Origin: Camelus dromedarius | Taxonomy: Eukaryota | DNA length: 64,000 nt | Reading direction: 5' to 3' | NCBI RefSeq assembly: GCF_036321535.1 | Contig: NC_087464.1 | Coordinates: 22,444,001 to 22,508,000, forward strand | Shown here: positions 60,715 to 64,000 of the stretch, piece by piece | Numbering within the stretch: the stretch's first letter is position 1 | How the letters are laid out: each line of letters begins with the position of its first letter | Program-made: the position numbers and the translations under genes | The notes under the pieces: generated by a model | What the model was told of the DNA's origin: nothing | The model's input: only the letters and a program-made list of their open reading frames with translations | The model's database searches: none

Positions 60715-61010
60715 AGCACTCAGGATGAGCCAGGCACTGAGCTAAGTGCTTTTACTCATTTAATCCTCAACAACCCATGAGAAGGATATGATTATCACCA
60801 TCTGCTTCCTCCCTATTTCATGAACGAGAAGCCTGAGACTCAGAGAGATTAAGCAACTTGCTCAAGGTGGCACATCCAGCAAACAGCAGTGGGACGTGAA
60901 CCTCGAAGACCTGGGCTCTTTATGTTGTACCCTGTCCTTTCCTCTTTCTGTACCTCAGTCCTACCATCTGTACGATGGGCAGAAAATCACCTATGGCCCA
61001 TGCTGCCAGA
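60715..61010. mobile_element. MIR pair (minus about 60715-60920, plus about 60930-61010)
   Basis: catttaatcctcaacaacccatgag...cctgagactcagagagattaagcaacttgctcaaggt, then cctcagtcctaccatctgtacgatggg. Confidence 0.82.
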
Positions 61011-61519
61011 AGTATAGGGAAGAACAAATAAGATTTTAGAAGACAGGGCTTGAGAAAGTGTCTTCTAAGACAGAGCCCTACCAGAGAGGAAAAGGGGTAG
61101 CCAGGGGCCTGCAGCCCCAGAGGACCTAGGAGGATGGAATGTGTGGAGGAAGATGGTCAGCTGTGTCTCCCACTGTAAAGAGGAAGAGGAGGAGGAGGAG
61201 AATGAGGATGAGCCTTTAGGCGTGGAGACTGGGGCCTTAGCTGGGCAGTGAAGGTGGGCGGAGGGGGTCGGCCCAGGCCTGAGGGAGCTGGCTCACAACA
61301 ACCACTTGTGGAGGATTTTAGCTGGAAGTGGAGGAAGGAAGAAGGGAGGGTGGGAACAGAGCTAGGAGAGGGCTTCTGATGCAGAGGAAACAAGGCATGC
61401 TTGGGTCAGAGCAGGGGCCTCTGGAGGCAGGAAGGGGACAACTACCTCATCTCCCAGTTCCAGAGTCCCTGCCCGGGGCTCTGTGGCCATTAACCACCGC
61501 CTCCCCACCATGGTCCCCT

Positions 61520-61630
61520 GCAGCACTGGTGTCATGCCCATTTTACAGAGAAGGAAACAGAGGCTCAGAGAAGCAAAATCACTGATGGGTCTCCCAGCTG
61601 GGGGCGCTGGGGCTGGAGTTCACACAGGAC
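61520..61630 (-). mobile_element. MIR fragment carrying a CTCF-like motif
   Basis: cccattttacagagaaggaaacagaggctcagaga...ccagctgggggcgct. Confidence 0.8.
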
Positions 61631-63059
61631 AGAGCTGGATTCTGCTCCCTGCCTGCCCACTTGCTCTCTGTGGCTTGGGGTGCATAGATGGCTGCCCTGC
61701 TTTTGCACATTGTCATACTGTTTTCCCAGAGCTTGAGCATTGATCCCGCCTTTGGAAGTCTCAGGGGATCCCAGGGCCGGAAGGAAGCCCACCTGGAATC
61801 ATCGCAGCCTCACTGTGACTTGCGTTCTCTCCCATAGCCCCTGCCTTCCCCCAGAGGAAGAGCCAGGCTCAGGGTCAGAAAATTCCTATCAGTCACTGCT
61901 GTCTCCAGGATAACAAACTGCTTCCTGACGTGGTGAGCTCCCTACTCCTCAGGGTGTGCAAGCAGGGGCGGGATGCTGTCTGGGCCTGGGCTGTCGCACT
62001 TGGCACTGTTGTCCTGCATGTAGGGTATCCTGGCCCACCTCCAATGGCCTTCCCGACTCTTAGGGAAGTCCCATACTTGATGGTGGAATTTCTGGCAGGC
62101 CAGATGACGGAAGTTCATGTGTGTGTCCGCGGCGGTGGGGGTGGGTAGGGATGTGTCCTCCCAGAGCCCCTCCAATATAGGGGGCTGCCTCCTCTGTTTC
62201 TGCGTCTGCCTGTCCCTGGCTCAGGTTTCCCTGGACATGGGGTGGGCAGATCCCCATAGAAACAACCAATACACCGAGAGCAAGAGAAGGAGAGGCCAGT
62301 GCCTGCGGGCCGGCCGGGCCGGAGCAGTGAGCCAGCCTCCTCCAGCTATGCTGCACAGCCGGAGCCATGGGGGCTCATTGTGAGCTGCCTCATGCTTAAC
62401 GGGTCTCCCTGGGAAGCCACTAATCCCATCTCACGCCTCCTGTCTCCTGGGGGGCAGCTTCCAGAGGATCAGCACGCCCCACGCAGGAGACATTTGGGGC
62501 ACTTCCTGACTTCACTGACAGTTTCTGATTCCAGGCCCTGAGCGGCTGTGTGACTTTCCTTCCAAATCCTTGGTTCCACAGATGCCAGCTTGCAGGGCCA
62601 ACTGGTGGTTACCCAGCAACGTGGCAAATATTTGGGCCAGCCAGGCTGGTCTGTGCCCCTCATCCTGGGTTTAGTGAGACCTTAGAAGGCAGGCAACCCC
62701 ATGGGATTTGCCTATTTTTTAAAATTTCTGGGCACTAAGTAAAAATAACTCCATTGGCAAAAACCTTTCTGCTGACCCTTTCTCCAGGGCTTTCCATCTA
62801 GGGACCTGGGCAGGTAAGTAAGGGGACTGGCAGAGACAAGGAAGGGATGGGATGAGAAGGCAGAGTGCAGCAGTGGAAAGAGGAAGCAAGGGCTTTGGGG
62901 GTGAGAAGGCCCAGGTTTAAACCTGGCCCCCGAACCTCTAGCAGGTAGGAGAGAATGGACCCCTCTGTCTCAGATCTGTCCCCAAGAGTTCCCATCTCAG
63001 TCCCCGGCGTGCAGCATGCCTGCCTGATCTGCACCAGCTAAATCCGGCTCCTCCCAGTG

Positions 63060-63500
63060 GGTCTCATACTGTGCCTTCCTCAGCCACCCTATCTCTCTCC
63101 TAGAATTTGGTCTTCTTGGCCCCTTCAATTCAATCCCCCCACCCCCAGGAGCCAGAGATTTGCACTAAAATGATAATCTGATCCCTTCATAAAGCCTTGC
63201 TTAGAAGCTCTCCTGCAAGCCCCTCAGCCCTGCCTGGCTCCCCTGCCTCCTCTCCCCTCCCCTGCAAACCTTCAGTTCTGGCTATGACTGGGGCTGGTCC
63301 CAAGACACCACGCCACCCACTCCTCCCCACCCTTGCAGTGTCCACTTGGCTACTCTAGTGCCTTCTTGAGGATGTAAAGATTGGGTTAGCTCCTCTGGTA
63401 TTTCCGGCCTGATGCCTGTCAGTAATTTTGAGCAGTAATTTTTTCTGTACTGACCTGTCCCACATCATCCCTGTGTCCCTCCCGCCCTGCCCTGGTCCTA
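63060..63500 (+). mobile_element. L2 3' fragments
   Basis: ctaaaatgataatctgatc and a pyrimidine-rich L2-like continuation. Confidence 0.5.
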
Positions 63501-64000
63501 TCCACACTTCATTGGGAGAACCTTGGAGCAGGGACCTTGGATAGGGCCACTGTTAGCCAATAAGTCATCTTTGTGTGAATGAGAAAGAAATGTCCTTCCT
63601 TGGGTGGACACAGCCCCCATGCAAGGCTGCTGGGCTTGACAAGTGGAACATGGGTTGGACTTCAGTTCCTCTTCCTTCCCCAGCTGGGAACTGTGACCCT
63701 GGGCTTGGCTTTTCTTGGCCGCATCCCCCAGGGCTGGAACTTGCCTAGCACGAGTTAAGCTGAAATGGGCCATGTCCGCCATGGGGGCCCCGTGTCTCCA
63801 GCCTTCTGCTCTGAGCTGGTCATGGCTCCCACAGAGGGTTTATGTTTTATTCTTGGTTCTGGGCACTTTCTGCTGCAGTGAGGATCTCCCCTGGGTGGGG
63901 CTCCCAACCCAGCATCTGGCCAAGGTCTGCTTGGCACTCTGTCCACTTTTGTAGATGCTCCTTCTCAGAGATTGAATCGATCATTCCTGTTCTTGTTGAG

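Noticed and set aside
62240-62400. Promoter with CCAAT box and gccATGG start
   Set aside because: The ORF is only 10 codons and the CpG patch is short, so there is insufficient support.

Overview
Mammalian, GC-rich genomic DNA, not prokaryotic: there is no CRISPR array, operon, rRNA or bona fide tRNA. The tRNA-Ala(AGC)-derived SINE at 328-515 has the layout I recognise from camelid genomes (camel/llama/alpaca); this is an inference, not a database result. I recognise no protein-coding gene, and the ORF track is explained by chance ORFs in GC-rich DNA, decayed L1 sequence and tandem repeats. Much of the window is ancient interspersed repeat: many MIR and L2 fragments, L1M 3' pieces, one L3/CR1 fragment, MaLR (MLT1) and MER21-type solo LTRs, and hAT MITEs (MER3, MER5A, MER53, Tip100-type). 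There are also seven N gaps of 146-283 nt. The unique DNA between repeats carries motif clusters that look like enhancers or insulators, so the window reads as an intronic or intergenic regulatory landscape. The most notable items are an inverted pair of perfect NR5A/ERR sites around a CRE half-site (22331-22363), a mirror-symmetric HOX/MEIS-type motif array (42576-42692), and two related 24-bp tandem arrays in opposite orientation (27651-27835 and 37790-38385). Also notable are a helically phased octamer triplet (59690-59724), an L1 nested in an L1 with a perfect 17-bp TSD, a probable micro-inversion inside an L2, and a few unproven exon/smORF candidates. I found no convincing new multi-gene system. 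Repeat subfamily names come from remembered consensus sequences, and repeat boundaries are approximate.
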